This document shows, in pieces, positions 39,655 through 54,027 of a stretch of DNA of 64,000 bases (positions are counted from its first letter, which is position 1; the number at the start of each line of letters is the position of its first letter). Location of the stretch: positions 11,565,912 to 11,629,911 of the forward strand of contig CM082592.2 in NCBI GenBank assembly GCA_040954595.2, given 5' to 3'. The DNA is from Balanoglossus misakiensis. Its lineage: Eukaryota > Animalia > Hemichordata. Both the position numbers and the translations under genes were made by a program. The notes under the pieces are model-generated. The model worked only from the letters and a program-made list of their open reading frames with translations, was not told where the DNA came from and searched no databases.

Positions 39655-42600
39655 CTGAATAAATACATTAGGTAAAAAAACTTAGATTAAAACAAAAGTT
39701 ATACAAAATTAGCATTGCCTTTGGTCACGTGTTGTATATTTCGAAGCTCTCTTCCTCTATTTTTCTGTTCTTGTTAATTGTGGAGAATACATTCTGGTAA
39801 CTTAAGTTCATTAATCATTTCGGAAAGTTTTGAAGTTGTCGAATGAATAACAAATCCGCGGGAACTGAAGAGAAATGTGTTTAGATTGGAACTGCTTCGT
39901 GTCGCGGATTATGGGCATTGATTTCATGAAGGTAATCTGCAGATTAAATTAAGCTGATATTGCTTCCTCTTGGCAACGCCTCTCTCAGATGATGAAATCA
40001 AGGTCAAAGCTGATCTCAACAACATTCAATTTTAGAGTGTACTATGCATTTTTCATCACTGTGCTTTGAAGTTGTGCATTTTAGAACGGCTCGTCTTTCA
40101 GGCAATTTTGAACAACACCGATGGGCTGAAAGACTTCTCAGTGGATCTCATTGAGCGTGATTGTAAGATAAGCGTAATCACAAAAGGAACAAAATCAGAA
40201 AGCTAAAGATTAGACCTCGCCTGCAGTAACCCGGTGGTTGTTTCAATAAGCAGACAAGGAAATATCCGAAATTGACAAAAACATCAAAAAGCAAAATGGA
40301 AAAAGCTCATGGAACTTTAATTGGCTGAGTGTGCAAATTATAAATACCGTCAAATTCATTAATTTATTTATCAACCTTCCCGGAAAAGTCATTATTTTCA
40401 TAGTATGGCGAAAAAAAACGAGTATCTCTAAATTCGCAACAGCACGCGCACGCACGCACGTATACACTCACAAAACTAAGGGAATATCCTGGCGACAGAA
40501 ACGATTCTAGACACGGTTAAAAGTTAGCAATAAAATAAACATCGCTGCATGTCTCGTGGGTTCAATTTGTAGCTTTACGACGGCAAAACAATTTTGGTGA
40601 CACGCCAAACGACCAGAATTAAAGGAAATATTAAATAGGCAATAACGTTGGCCGGTGAAATACATTTTGGCCGCCGCAGAAAGTGCCTGGACACGTACAG
40701 ATAACATCGTTAAAACACTAACAACTTTGTTATTTCTCTGGAATGATTTCCTCGCGTTAAATATACCATTCGCGTAATCGCAACATTGAATGCATTCGTT
40801 CCTACAGTTGTCAATTTCATTTTGCGTCACTTTACGCAAGCATTCGTTTGATTGGTTTACAGTCGTCAAAGAAACGGTTATCGCTGCGGGTTTAACCAAC
40901 TGTACGGATTGTTGTAAAATTTGATGGGTAAGTTGTTAATGTGTTTTGGAAATCATTTGTCGGATCGGAGAATCTTCTCAGAAAACGAAGTGATCATTTA
41001 TTACCTGGCCCTTAAAATGTTACACGGCGGACAAGATACGAATATTTTCGATGCGATTCTTTGTTATGGCCATCGAAATCGTCATGAATGTAACACTAGC
41101 ATCAGAAGTAACAATATTAAACTTTTGCGAGCCTCATACTTATAAAAGTAATTGGGAAAATTACTGTCGCGATGAAAGTTTTTGGAAACAAGATGGTGAA
41201 CTCCTTAGTTTTAAACTTTGTCACCAACTCTGGGGGAAAAGTTGGAACTGTTTGGATTCTTCGATTTCTTTCGGTTTCCATGGTTACCAACAACAATGCT
41301 TGGTTAATCAGAAACGGGATAGGCATATAGAAGTGAAGTAATTTCGTGAAAATGCGTGGTTTTGACGAGCATGGGTACGAAACTCGGGCCTGAAAACAGA
41401 ATTTAGTTTTTTTAAATGGACGTCTTTTTTGTCAAGAGGCAGCATTCGTGGGTGACAAAAACAAAGCGATCGTACTTAGAAGGCCCGGTGTCTGATTCAG
41501 GTACTCTGTATGACATTTCAATTACAGAGCAATCAAGAACTTCTTTTGTATTCATTCACATATCCCAAGCGATGCCTACATGGTTCTGCGACTGTGGCAG
41601 TGGCTTCGAATTTCTGAAATCCCCCATCCAGGCTCGTTTTTCTGTGATTCTTCGGCAGAAATTCCCAGATAGAGATGAGTAACGCCAAACCCGCATTGTT
41701 TGACCCGAGTCATGTTACATTTCAGGCTCACGTCAATCATGACGTCAGCGCAGAAACTGACAGTGCCACAGAGACACACGTGTCCATCTGCCTATTAAAA
41801 TTCAGCACAGTTCAGGCGAAAACTAGAAATTCCCTTAAAATAAAATGACAATTATCGCCATCGTGCAGCAATTTTCATGTTTTGCACTTTGCTGATCCGT
41901 GAAATTTACTTTCAATATTGCCAATCAGAAATGCACCACTACCCTTATGGCAAAGGGTATACATACAAGGCAAAGAGAAAAAAATAACAAAAAACCGCAA
42001 TTTTTAATGGCGTCAATTGATTTTTGAAATGGACTGTTCGTCTCTATCTGCCTATACAATACAGCTGGGGTCGATGTACTAATATAGCTATCAGTTTATC
42101 ATTTGCTGTAAATTCTTGTCAACGGCTGAAGGAGAACGAACGAATCCAGGTAATAATTCTAGTTTCTGCTAAAGTTAAGAAACCCTCTAAGGATGGTAAC
42201 CGTCCATTCTGTAAAAGAGCGGAAATTTGGTGCAAATTACAATGGACCTGCACGATAAAAATAGGTACATGTATTAAAGGAGAACTAAGACTCCTATAAA
42301 CTGGAAGAGGGTCCTTCATTTCTGGGAGTCTCTCAATCCATTCGGTTTTATTTTATTTTTATTTATAAAGTATTACAAGGTGTTATTGTGGTTACTGATT
42401 TTTTTCAAGTTTAGCACGCTTACAAAACCTCTCACTAAGTAATGTGAAACGATCTGGAATGGTCTCTGTAAGTGGAAATTGATAACGATTGTTGGCTCGA
42501 CTATTGTATAGATCCTGGGGCAGACGACATCAACACTGCACGGGCGTTTGCTATTCCATTAGGGTATCCATTAACCGGTACTGGGGATCTGAAGTTTGAT

Positions 42601-45600
42601 AGTCGGAAAGCGATTTCTTGGCGCTTCTTCAACGGGAGACAAACACGGATTTCCCGTGCGTATAATGACTGCTCCGATGGCCGCAATGCTCGTTCGGAGT
42701 CTCATCGCCAAAAAGAGGCATTAAGCGTAATGATGAAAGGTTTCGTAAATCAAACAGATGACGAAATGTGAACGGGCGATTCGTATGAAATGAATGGCCA
42801 ATGAACTACGGAGGTAGAAAAATCATGTGTGACGGAAAAGAGATAAATCGTTTGCTCGTAGTGTACTATATACACCGCCGATTTCACGAATATTCATCCT
42901 GTTCAAAATTAGTTTTTGCAAATATTCGCAGGGCATGCAGTATACACTTAAGTTCGCTTTCCACTCCGACAAAAAACAGAGGCAGGGAGAATGATGCCGA
43001 ATCTGTCGCTTGTTTTAACGCCTCGATCGCGCCGTAAATAATAATTTCTGGTAAATAATTACCAGTGGTGATTACGGTCATCATATGAGATTAAGGGGAA
43101 CTCTCCAATTCTTCGCTAATATAGTGTTATTGTACCTACGTGATGTTCATTTCACGGCGTACATGTGCGTTCTTGTCAGAGTCACATTTCAAGATGTCAA
43201 TTTAACAACTCCGAAGTTGCTGCGAGACGCTGCTGATTTTTCGGCTTTGAAAAGGTTAGAGAGATAGCTTTTGTATTAGTTTATGACGCCTAATTTGATT
43301 TTGATTTTGAGACTGCCTAGAATTAAATTTTCAAAAGTGATTTTATCCTTTTTATACAGAAATGCGCCGTGGTTTCCTGTCATTTGTTTACATAAGACTT
43401 TCGTGGTTTCCGAAAATTCTTCATATTCTATAACAAGATTAGCCAATCCAAAAACCTGGCGCCGTACTTCGAGTTCTTTGGTCACTGCGTAAAGGTCCAA
43501 ACTTTTTGACGAATTATGAATTCCACCGTCAAAACGATCCCTGGGTGATTTGTTTGCGGTCTGTATCAACCCAGTCCCTCTCCATGTTAAAAGTCACATT
43601 TTCACCGAAAGGAAGGGAGAACATATCATTAATCATAGTCTCTACAATCCGCCGGATACACGTCATTTTTTTCTCGTTTATATATTTGAATCATTTTACT
43701 GCGATGCCAAGGGAATGGAAAATATGAGCGAACACACGAGTCGAAAATCTTGTCATAAAAATGTTCACCGTGTGTTAATTTCTTGTGACGTTTATGACTT
43801 GTGTATATTCCACCTCGTTTTTCTTGCAATCGTGCTGGCAGTTATTGATCGAGTCATAAAGAAGTCTCGCTTGCGAACGATCAGAGCGTAATTAAATTTC
43901 GCGAAATTGACATATACATTGAAAGCAACATGACCACCGATCTTTTTTTTCCCTTTTTCATCGGGGATTGGCACTATTGACGTGGTCGTTACGGGCGGAG
44001 GCGAAATATGAGGTTATGTGCTTGCTTGTTCGATTCCAATTACACGTACAGGCAACGCGTGGATGCGGGTCCGGCCGCAATCGGGAAATAAAAGCGACTG
44101 GGGTCGACGCAACCCGTGTGCATGCTACAGGTGTGGTTCGCCCGCTCGATGGAAATTTCTCAGTGTGTGGAGAGATTAATTAGAAACTCGCGTAAATATC
44201 GCCTTTTTTCCAGGAATGGTATTATCACACGCGTTTTCTCCATTGTTGTCCGATAGTAATATGTAACCAATGACAGTTGCTTCACGCTTGAAGGCACATG
44301 ATGCCCGTGTGATTCTGTGTTTACTTCCGATGCTATAGCCACCTAGCGAGCGCACGTCCGTGTCAGTAGCGAGGCGACGCGTTACAGTCGCGACCCGCCG
44401 ATCAGACAGAAATCCGGCAATTCCTGCTTGCCTTCAAGTGGTCGCGTCTATCAAAGAGAGAAACAACGAACCGGACTGCCGTCGTCGAAAAATCATCGCC
44501 AACCTTGTCTACTTATACGTCACCTTTCTCACGACTTCGCCGAATTCGCGCTCAATTTCGTGTGTTGTGCCGGGCTAAATGCGTCCGCCATTCGACCAGG
44601 CTTCATAAAATATTTCCCCCTATCACCACAATATTTTGTAGAATTTCTAAAATTTCAACACTGCTAGTAACATCGGCTATCGTTTCTCACAAAACTCGGT
44701 AGCATTTCTCTGCAAAATCAATTTCAAAATATTTCCATCCGACAAACTGGTGATCTCGGTCACTCCATCTTTGACTTGTTTTGTTTGAGCCGGCCGTGGA
44801 TGGGGGATTCAGATCTCACAAATCGTCGGTAGAACCAACCGTATCGTTTGGCTGATTCGTGAAAAGGTACTTTTCAATACCCGATTATTATGTGATATGG
44901 TTTTGCGCATGGGTACACTTACACAATGTTGAACTTCGCCTGGGTGATATAGCGTATTTCATTTTATCGTTGATTAGACAGCTCGGCGCATCTGTATGTT
45001 GTTTCGCGAATTCATTCACCGAACACCGCGTCGACAAAAATGAGCCGTGGTCGTTAATTTAAACATTCCGCACCGTTATTTCAGGGTTATTTGGATCTAC
45101 AAACTCTCTCGCGCTATCTTAACGCCAAATTCACTTCAAATATTCAGTGGGTGACGCCCGAAACTGGATTTAGCCGAAAATATTCTGTATGTCATGGTTT
45201 GCCGCGGCTCACCCTCGACAAGGCGGCCATTTCGACTGCAGACGCAACCACAACGAGCGCAGTTTTGCACTTTGCGTACGTAGTGTATACGGCTACGAGT
45301 TTTGTCTTAATCGTTCGTTGCAAAATGCGGAAAGCGTCATTTTTTCTTCAATATCTTTCTAATCCCTTTTGCCAAATCATTTCAGATTACGCGAATCCAG
45401 TTTCTATGAAACGCGAGCGAGAAACGGCACTAATACCTTATCGCCCAGCGAAGTCAAACTCTGTATGAATTATTGAAATTACAACATATGTCGATTAGCA
45501 TATTTATAAGCACGCTGAATGCACGCACAGAATGAGTTTATTGTTGGTCTGCCGTTTTTAATGTATATCTTGCTTCGGAGGTAAGCCGATTACAATTCAA

Positions 45601-48600
45601 GTCCATGCATTCATGCAAATGTCAAAACGTCGCCTGAAATATATAGACGGAGATAGAGAATACGTATATCTGGTGGTGCTGATGTCATAATCTGGGATGA
45701 CACTTTTTTTGCTTGTTGACCCTAAGAAAGTTTCTGTGAAATTGACTTTTTTCAATTTTCATTTTGTGTGATTGGTGGTTTTCTCGATCAAAAGACCCGG
45801 TGAGAGAAAAGGCGATACAAATTCACGAACTTAGTGAGGAAAAGAAGGGCCGATATGGAAAAACATTGCCTTTACACGCATACATTTGAAATTCACGTTT
45901 TGCGCAATCGTGGAGATGTTGGTTAGCTTTTGTGCGGGGTGCTTAAAACGCACGCTGCAGTCAGCGCGTGTTTTCGGAGTGCGTAACAAGTTCCTAGAAT
46001 AAGGCATTCACAACGTCATTGCCGAGAGAGAATTATTGAGAAATGCTTTGATATTAACGACGAAAAGAAGATAACACGTTGACAGAGGAGTGTCCGTGAT
46101 TTAGTGTTGATTGCGAGGGACTTTGCCCAGCGGCGCGGATCTTCTGTCATTTAAAACCCATTGTCTGTTTTTTTCCTAACTTCTTATTAGTTTTATTAAT
46201 CTCAAATTCTGGATAGGATATCTCCGTCCCAACCACAAAAAACATGTCTTTACATATAATTAACAAAATCGGAAGTTCCTTTAGAAGGGAAACCCCATAG
46301 GTAATTTGCTGTTGTATTCAATTGACCGAATCTGTTTCTCAAAGGAGGTGTCAGAAAATGAAGGGTGAGCAACCTTCCTACATGTCAGCTGATTCATATT
46401 AAAACGGCTCATTTTTTCTCTCCACGCGAACTTGAAGGAAAATCCGACAGTTCAAGCGTCCTGCAAATCGGGTTAGAAATTCAATTACCATGTTGTCAAT
46501 GGCAACAAGGTCGGCATCAACTATTCCGAGCGCGGCGCGTTCGGGCAGCAACTTTATGAATACATATTATTCACTTCAACTTGTTTTAGTGACCTCGAGT
46601 GTGAGTATTACGGCGATGGAGGTGATCAGATTTTAAATCCCTTTTTTTTGTATTTATTATAAAATCGAACAAATAGATGGAGTAGCCTACGAGGTTTTTG
46701 ATGCGCGTTTGAAGGCTTTTGCTATTTTTTATCGAATTTTGTGTTCAGTAGAAAAGTTTGAAAAGATTCTCAACTCAGAGAATTTTTTTTAGATGTACCT
46801 TGTCGCATATCGCGGTCTTCGTTTACTCTTCGCCGTCCGATCTTTGACTTTGACATGGGAGCTGAGCCGTTTTGACACGGGTGACCCAAGCGGAGATTTC
46901 ATCGGGGGATGAATCGAATTCTTGGCGAAGCGTTTCCTTTGGGTGTTTGTCGGAGGTAACTGCATATGGCAGTACCGGTTTTAGTCAGTCCCGTATCCAT
47001 AACATCGAAACGTGTCTGTTTGAACGCTGACGGACCGATGCCCAGCAACCCTGGAGCGAAAGCTATCGCTTCCGAGGGGAAACGGTAGATCATGTGGGCT
47101 ACTCACAAATACTTGCATATCATCCGAGATATGGACGCCGAGATCGGCAGTCTTTATGTAGTGAAACGGGATATGGCGTGCATCGATCGCCGAGGCTGTC
47201 TCCCGTCGTGCGAGAAGGCAGCGATTAGCTACCCAACACACGTCGCTCCCTGTTGTTTCTGATCTATCAGGAAAACAGAGGAGAACCGCCGCGGGGTTGC
47301 CCGCTCTGATTACACATTAAATTGATACATTTAAGGGGGGGGGGGGAGAAAATGCGAGCGCAGCTGAAGCACGAGTGACCGTGCAAAGTTTTTGAAGTGT
47401 GTGGAAAATGTTGAAACTGTTGCGACACCGTGCGCTGGCGTTGACTCAACGATCCATGCTTCCGCGCGCATGCACGACCCTGACTGGGCGAATCGCCCGC
47501 ATCAAAAGTGAAAAAGTTGCTGACATTGAGACCATTAAAATGATTCCGTGTAAGAACGTGGTAAAATATGATGAAATAAACTCGCTTTTCACTCTTAATA
47601 GTGATATACATGAAGTTGGAAAATCTCGTGGTGAAATCGTGAATGGAGAGCCACTGTGATAGCCTATTCAAACAGGTTGTTGAATCTTTACTACAGCGCC
47701 GGTCGACATCGAAAGGGCGGCTTGTTCACTTGAATGGTAGTTTGCACTCAGTTGGAAACCAAATGCAAAATAACATTCACCCGAAAGGAGGTAGAGGAAA
47801 GGAGGGACTGGGTGTTGATAAATGGTTAGATAGACCGTCAAGCACGCGTGCTCACCGGGTGATCGGACTGACGAATCGATGAGAGTCTGGAGACTGGGAG
47901 AGAAAGGGATGGAGGGAGGGAGAGAGAGAGACGGGGGGGGGGGGGGAGAGAAACAGACCCGCTTATAATTTGCCGTTGATAAAACGTTTGATCGAGAGAC
48001 CATTCCATGTTAAACAATACTTTTCTGAACTTTAAGCATTTAAGAGTGACCTATGTGAAAAAGTAATAGTTGTGGCCATAAAACTATAGTATGGCCCGTT
48101 ATCACTCACCGGTCGTGACTCACACAGACGTAATTAAGTTTGATAAACCATCCTTTTGAATATGGTTTAATTAGGATCAGTATATTTCAGCCTGTGCAAT
48201 TACCTAGAATAATATTACAATCGGGCGTCGTTTGTCATTTCATAAAAAAATATGAATATGGATAAGACAAGTGTAGAGTACTGGGATATGACTTCATGTG
48301 ATGTTACAACGAGTACTTGAAATGATGTATGGGCGGTCATTCTCAAGCGTTGACTCAAACATTGTTTTTGCTCGTGCGGCGATAAAACACTAATTTGATA
48401 TAGAGAACTTGTCAGGGTAATAACTTTCCAGAAAATTGCGAATGGGCTATAAATATGCTTTATGTATTTTGCAACTATTTGCCTGTGCTTTCTTCCCCTT
48501 TTAAACCCTATGGGAAGTCGGAGGTTAGATTAAGGCGAAAATTGCGCAGAATCACTCTGGAGTTTTAGTATCACCTGATGAAATATCCAGACTACAACTC

Positions 48601-51600
48601 GCCCGGCCAATTTGTTGGCTTTATTAAGCCACTGCTTGGTAATTACCAAGATGCTTGATTATTTCTAAAGACAACTTCATCAACTGTGAATCTGGTGGAA
48701 TTGGATTGGCCGTTGCCTGGCAACTTTTTCATCATACAGACAACTTTACAAATTGGCTTGGGCGTTGGCTGGATTGCTGTCCGAGTAATTTTAAAGAAAC
48801 TACTTTAAGAACTTCACGAAACAGACCATTTCAGGATTCTTTTCTATATTTCGATAACCTGTGCACTTTCTTCTCGAGTTTGTGTTCCTATCTTGCGGAA
48901 GTATCCCGCTTGGTTTCAGAAGAAGCCGCGACTCAGGTCAGCGTGGGGTCACCAATGTGTTACGCTGCAGATATTTGGGGAATGCAACTTGGAATCGTCG
49001 CAAATTTCTTGCAGACCAAACACCGTAACCCCGTTATCGTCTCACGTTTCGGGGGATCGCGACCGCGAACACCGGGGGTCAGATCTAATGACTTTATGTT
49101 GGCTGACCTTTGACCTTTGACCCGGATCCAGGTTAATCAGAAATGTACCGCGTTGATTTATTTCACCAGAGTAATTTCATAGATTGATTCGTTCGCGGCT
49201 GTTGGCTTTCATCGAAGTTGACTCCGATACCCAGTAACGATATGTTAAAGAGATGAAACTACAGATTAAGTAAACTATTACCAAAAATGCGCTTTTCTTG
49301 CTCCCCATCATTATTCAGTCACAACAATCATTTTTATACGCAAGAAAGTTGCACGATAATAGAATCGAATTGTCACTGAATAGACCACTCTCTGGATATT
49401 CCTTCAAGAAACTTGGACATGAGAAGGAGCTGGTCACGCTCCGTTTCCTCGACACTCGTCAGATGAGTCATCTGATCACTTGATCGATCATTTAATTTAC
49501 TGGAAACATAATCGATAAAAAGTACATGTTTTTACCTCCATCGCTCTGTGAACAGTCATTTACCTCCATTTTGTACACGTCACTACCACAGTTTTCCTCC
49601 TAAGTTTTAATTTACAAAACCGTTTGCTTGATTGTGTTTAATTGGCGTGTGCATTTTGGCGGCAATCTTTGCTGTATTTTTGTCATGCGTCGTAAATTTT
49701 AAAAAACTTGGTACTCTTATCTCGTTCTACTTAAGGGGGCAATGTTTAATCCCTGATTGAGATAATGTCACACTAAAAGTCGTGGAACTATGAGCAACAG
49801 TGCGATGGAATAACTACGAGGCTTTTTTTCATTTTTTTTTTCACGCCCAAAACTTGCTGAGCTCGTTGCACAACGTTTCAGTCAAAACAGCAAAGTACAC
49901 GTTTCAGAAATCTTGTCCATTTTGCCGCGGAGTGCGATGTTTGGCTGTACGTGTGCAATTGATCCAATATAAGCAAGTCTGCGTGACAGTTGCCGGGTTG
50001 GACTTTTCGCTCTGAAAACAATTGGACGTGCTTGCGAGACAGATCAGGCCAATTATCTATCGGTGTTCGCCCCGAAATACAGACAACCGCCTCGCTGTCT
50101 TTTTAGCTGAGACCCGAAACGAACTTTGCGTCTCGAGTCGAAATTGACTCGCGATCAGACAGATATCAGCGACGGCACGTTGGAAATCACTCAGATCGTC
50201 TCTCGGCAAAAAAACACACACTCTAGTAAATACCTTGCTTTATATGTCCACATCCTCACCATCTCTATGTACGTGTAGTTCTTGTAGCTTTCCGAAGTTC
50301 TGCAACAAAAGACAGAAAGGCAAACTTGGTTATTGGAGGAGCACAAAATTAATTTTAATTTTAATTATTTTTACGTTATTCCTATAATTATTTTTATCTT
50401 ATTCCTATTGCCCCCTTATCCAGTTCTATTGCCCTTTCGCCGTTTCTTGATCACACAGCGGCGAATAAAGAACATTTGTCGCAGAACAAAGACTATCGGT
50501 CATTATCAGTTTCTGGGGAGCGCTGGGCTTTTGTTATCAACCGGGGTGTTTTGTCCACCCAGCGGTTAATTGACTGTGCCAACGTCGTACCCTGACCTGC
50601 ACCATTTTTTCTGTCCACCGTACTATTATATCAAAATTTCGACAACCCACACGGACTGGGTTTATTATTATATTTTTTTAAAAGGAGGTCGATCATGCAT
50701 CACTAAATGGCTGACATGATAAGTGCCTGGCTCGGTTTGAACGATTTCGTCCAACCAGATCCTTGTGTTTGCTTTCACGGTGTGTGACCACGTGTTTCTG
50801 TCCAGGACAATTTGAATGTTTGTATCTGCTATATTGTATTTCATTATTATGCCCATCTCTACAAATTGCACTCATTTTAGCACAAAGAATAATACAACAT
50901 GATTTAAAAGTTAGAACTTATTTTATGACTGGTTTTCACCGCTCTACACAGCTCCGAAGTGGATGCGCAAACAGACCAGAGGAACGGACACCCCGCGCAG
51001 ACGCAAAAAATATGATAAGAGCTCATTTGTACCGTTAATGCCGATAATGCAGTTTGAGAGCTTTTGGCCCCAGGCGAAGAATGGCTTATCTTCGCTCATC
51101 TTCGGAAAAAGTTCGGGATCAGCAACCCGGAAGTCGGCAGATAAGCATGATAAGTGGAAGCGTTTTTCGGCTGATGCTCACGTGACCTGCCAGGTAACAT
51201 CTCCGCTCAAAATAGGGGAATTGTTTTCGACGATCGCCGAGGAAGTTATTCATGAAATCACGGTTAACAGTTAGATCAAGCTAAACCACACAGGTGTATT
51301 AAAAGTACATTGTCTATACTCAGCTGCCACAGTCTTTCTGATGTGATGGTTGGGAGTTTTTGTGAGACCAAACGTTTACCATGATCCGGTCAGATTCGCT
51401 TCACCCTGGCTACAATCGGTCGAATCGATTTCCAGTTATTACAACAACTGTTAAGTACTAAGGTGGGTGGGCTACCGAGCATTAAAAATGTCATTGAATT
51501 TTAATCATTTTTCTGCATTATCCATTGTCCCTGCAGATTCCACTCGTTTTCTCCAATGCCGTTAACAAAACGAACTAACAACGCAAAGAATGTTTAATCT

Positions 51601-52872
51601 CGCGAAATTTCGATATCAAAAAAGTGCTAAATGATCATTTTAAGAGCAATGTCTCTTTCCGGTAGACTAACTCGAAAACATTGTATTATTAAAATCGATC
51701 TTCTAGTTTGCTTTTTTCCGTGCGATTACATTGGGTCAACAGCAATCGCAGACTACATGTGGCTTTATCACCTCTGCGATAAAATCATGAATTTTATGGC
51801 TTAGAATCGATACAGGTGTAGTCTGGCTGGCGAAACCACTTTGGGAAGACCCCCCGCGGCTCGGAATGGTGGATGCGGACATCCCACTGTTACCGCTGCG
51901 ATCTGCTGTATGGAGATTTCGACTTTACGGGGGACATGGGTGCCCCTGGGTGGAAGTAAAACACACGCCACTCTAACCTGATAATGGCCTACTCCTACAG
52001 CGAAAATTGGTGGTATCCAAGGCGACGTCGTCGTTACTCAGACGACGCGACGATGTACCTGTCATCGGAACAATAGGGCAGGCGCACTGCTAAACGCTGC
52101 GGGCGACTGGCGCTCGCGCAGCTTCCCCGATGGGACGCGGCTTTTGAAGCCATTACGCTCTTCGCCACTTAAAGGCATTAGGCGCGCTGCGGGAAAGAAG
52201 GCGACTAAAACAGGACGGCGGAAAGCGACTTACGTGTGTTGTATTAGTGGGTCAAGGGGTCACAATTTAGGTGTTTGCGATAATGCCATTTTAAGAGCTA
52301 AGACTCGGCGATCTGAGGAAATTCATTGAATATTTGGTGTTGCGGTTCATGTGCGTCTCAGATCACCAAACTCTATTTCTGGCGCGTACGAACTTTGCTC
52401 GCTCAGGAAATGAAAGAGCAAGGGATACCATGGCAACTAGGCGAGCAAGCGAAGTGGAGTGCACCGCCTTTGCACCGGGAGGCACCCATCCGTGTTGGAG
52501 AGGATCGCCAGATAGACCGTTTGTCGTCAATATCGCAGGGAAGAATTCAAATTACCCGTATCTTCCGGACGCGAGTGTCACAACGCATTGGCAACATATG
52601 TGGTGATGCGCATGTGATCTGGAAGCAAAGCGGCAGAGTTGCCGAACAAGGCGTCGGTTTCGTTAGCGCTTGGAGGAAATCGGGGTAGAAAATGCATTGG
52701 ACATGTCACTTTGAGTATGTAAGTTGAATAAGAAATAAACTCAAAGACTCTAATTTGCGCTTTTTTTCTTTTGAGGACATCGAAACCGCGCCCGAGTCTA
52801 AATATTTAATCGGAGTCGCTTGTTCGTTCATGATAGCCGTGATTCAACCAACCGACCGGTATCGGTGGGTGG

Positions 52873-52941
52873 ATCAATCAATCAATCAATCAACCAACGA
52901 ATCAATCGATCGATCGATCGATCAATCAATCAATCAATCAA
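52873..52941 (+). repeat. (ATCA)n/(ATCG)n tetranucleotide microsatellite
   Basis: ATCAATCAATCAATCAATCA...ATCGATCGATCGATCGATCAATCAATCAATCAATCAA. Confidence 0.92.
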
Positions 52942-54027
52942 CGTACTGTCGCAACTGAACGGGGACTGTTGTCGAAGAGAAAATGTTTTTGTGCGTTTCA
53001 TGTTTCGTGCTTTTCATTGTCATCTGCTCACAAACTTGTAACGCGCAAAAAACGGCAAAAAGGTTCCAGCGCCACGAAAAGAAACGTATTCAGATAAAAC
53101 TCTGAAACGAAGCTAATTTTCTTGTCTCCTCGCACTTAATTTGACACATAACAGCATCGTGTTGACGGTTTTCCGGGGTGCGACATCGGATCGCAGCACA
53201 CGTTATACGATCGCGCCGTCACGACGTCCGAATAAATAGGATTGATGTCTCCTTCAAGAGTTTCGTCAGTAGAACTGGTAAGCTAGAAAGAACAAGCGAA
53301 CTAACGGTTGCCCGGCTTTTGTCGAATTTGGTCCGAACCTCTACGTTGGCAAGCAATACGAAATACGCCCGAGGATGCTCGGGATTCTCAATTGGAAACG
53401 AGAACAAAACGAGTCGAATTCAGCCACAGTAGAAGATCAAAGTACACTTGTCTCCGTTGAATATATTCCAAGGTTCTTTTTTGAAGAACCATCAAAGACA
53501 GGAGAGTCTATTTGCAGGATATGAAAGCAAACAGGAAAAGCGAAACCAAAGAAAAAAGGGGTTTAATTTAGAGCCTCGAATAGCCAGCATCAATCTCTGT
53601 CAGAGTCGGTATTCCAGCAACAAAATTACCTTCGACGGCGCGAAAACTGTTGTCTTGTACTACACCAAGTACACACAGCAATAATCGACACGTGGTCTTC
53701 AAAACTGCTGTTTCTTTTTACCGCTTTAAAACGGTGACAATTATGTGATAAATTATACTAATGATGTAGCGCATTTGGGGGACTGATGGAACAATACAGC
53801 CGCTATGTGTTACGTAATGCCGATTTGTCCGAAGGGCTGGGATCAACACAATTGTCACCATGGAGCTTTTTGTGTGATTTTTTTTATTTTTCGCGATAAA
53901 AGAAAACGCGTTGAATTATGGACTCGTTGAAGCGGAACTTCAGCGATCTGTTTTACGACCCGTTTCCGCACGGATCGACCTCGGGCAAGAATCTTGAAAG
54001 AGAACGTCCGAACAAGCTGCCGTGGAC

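Noticed and set aside
39853-40206. Plus-strand NPRELKR motif reminiscent of KAP NTPases, followed by protein-like text
   Set aside because: Several in-frame stops and no Walker motifs nearby; a 7-residue match is compatible with chance.
43983-44038. Possible tRNA or SINE head (B-box GTTCGATTCC)
   Set aside because: Poor A-box, no cloverleaf, no tail or target-site duplication.
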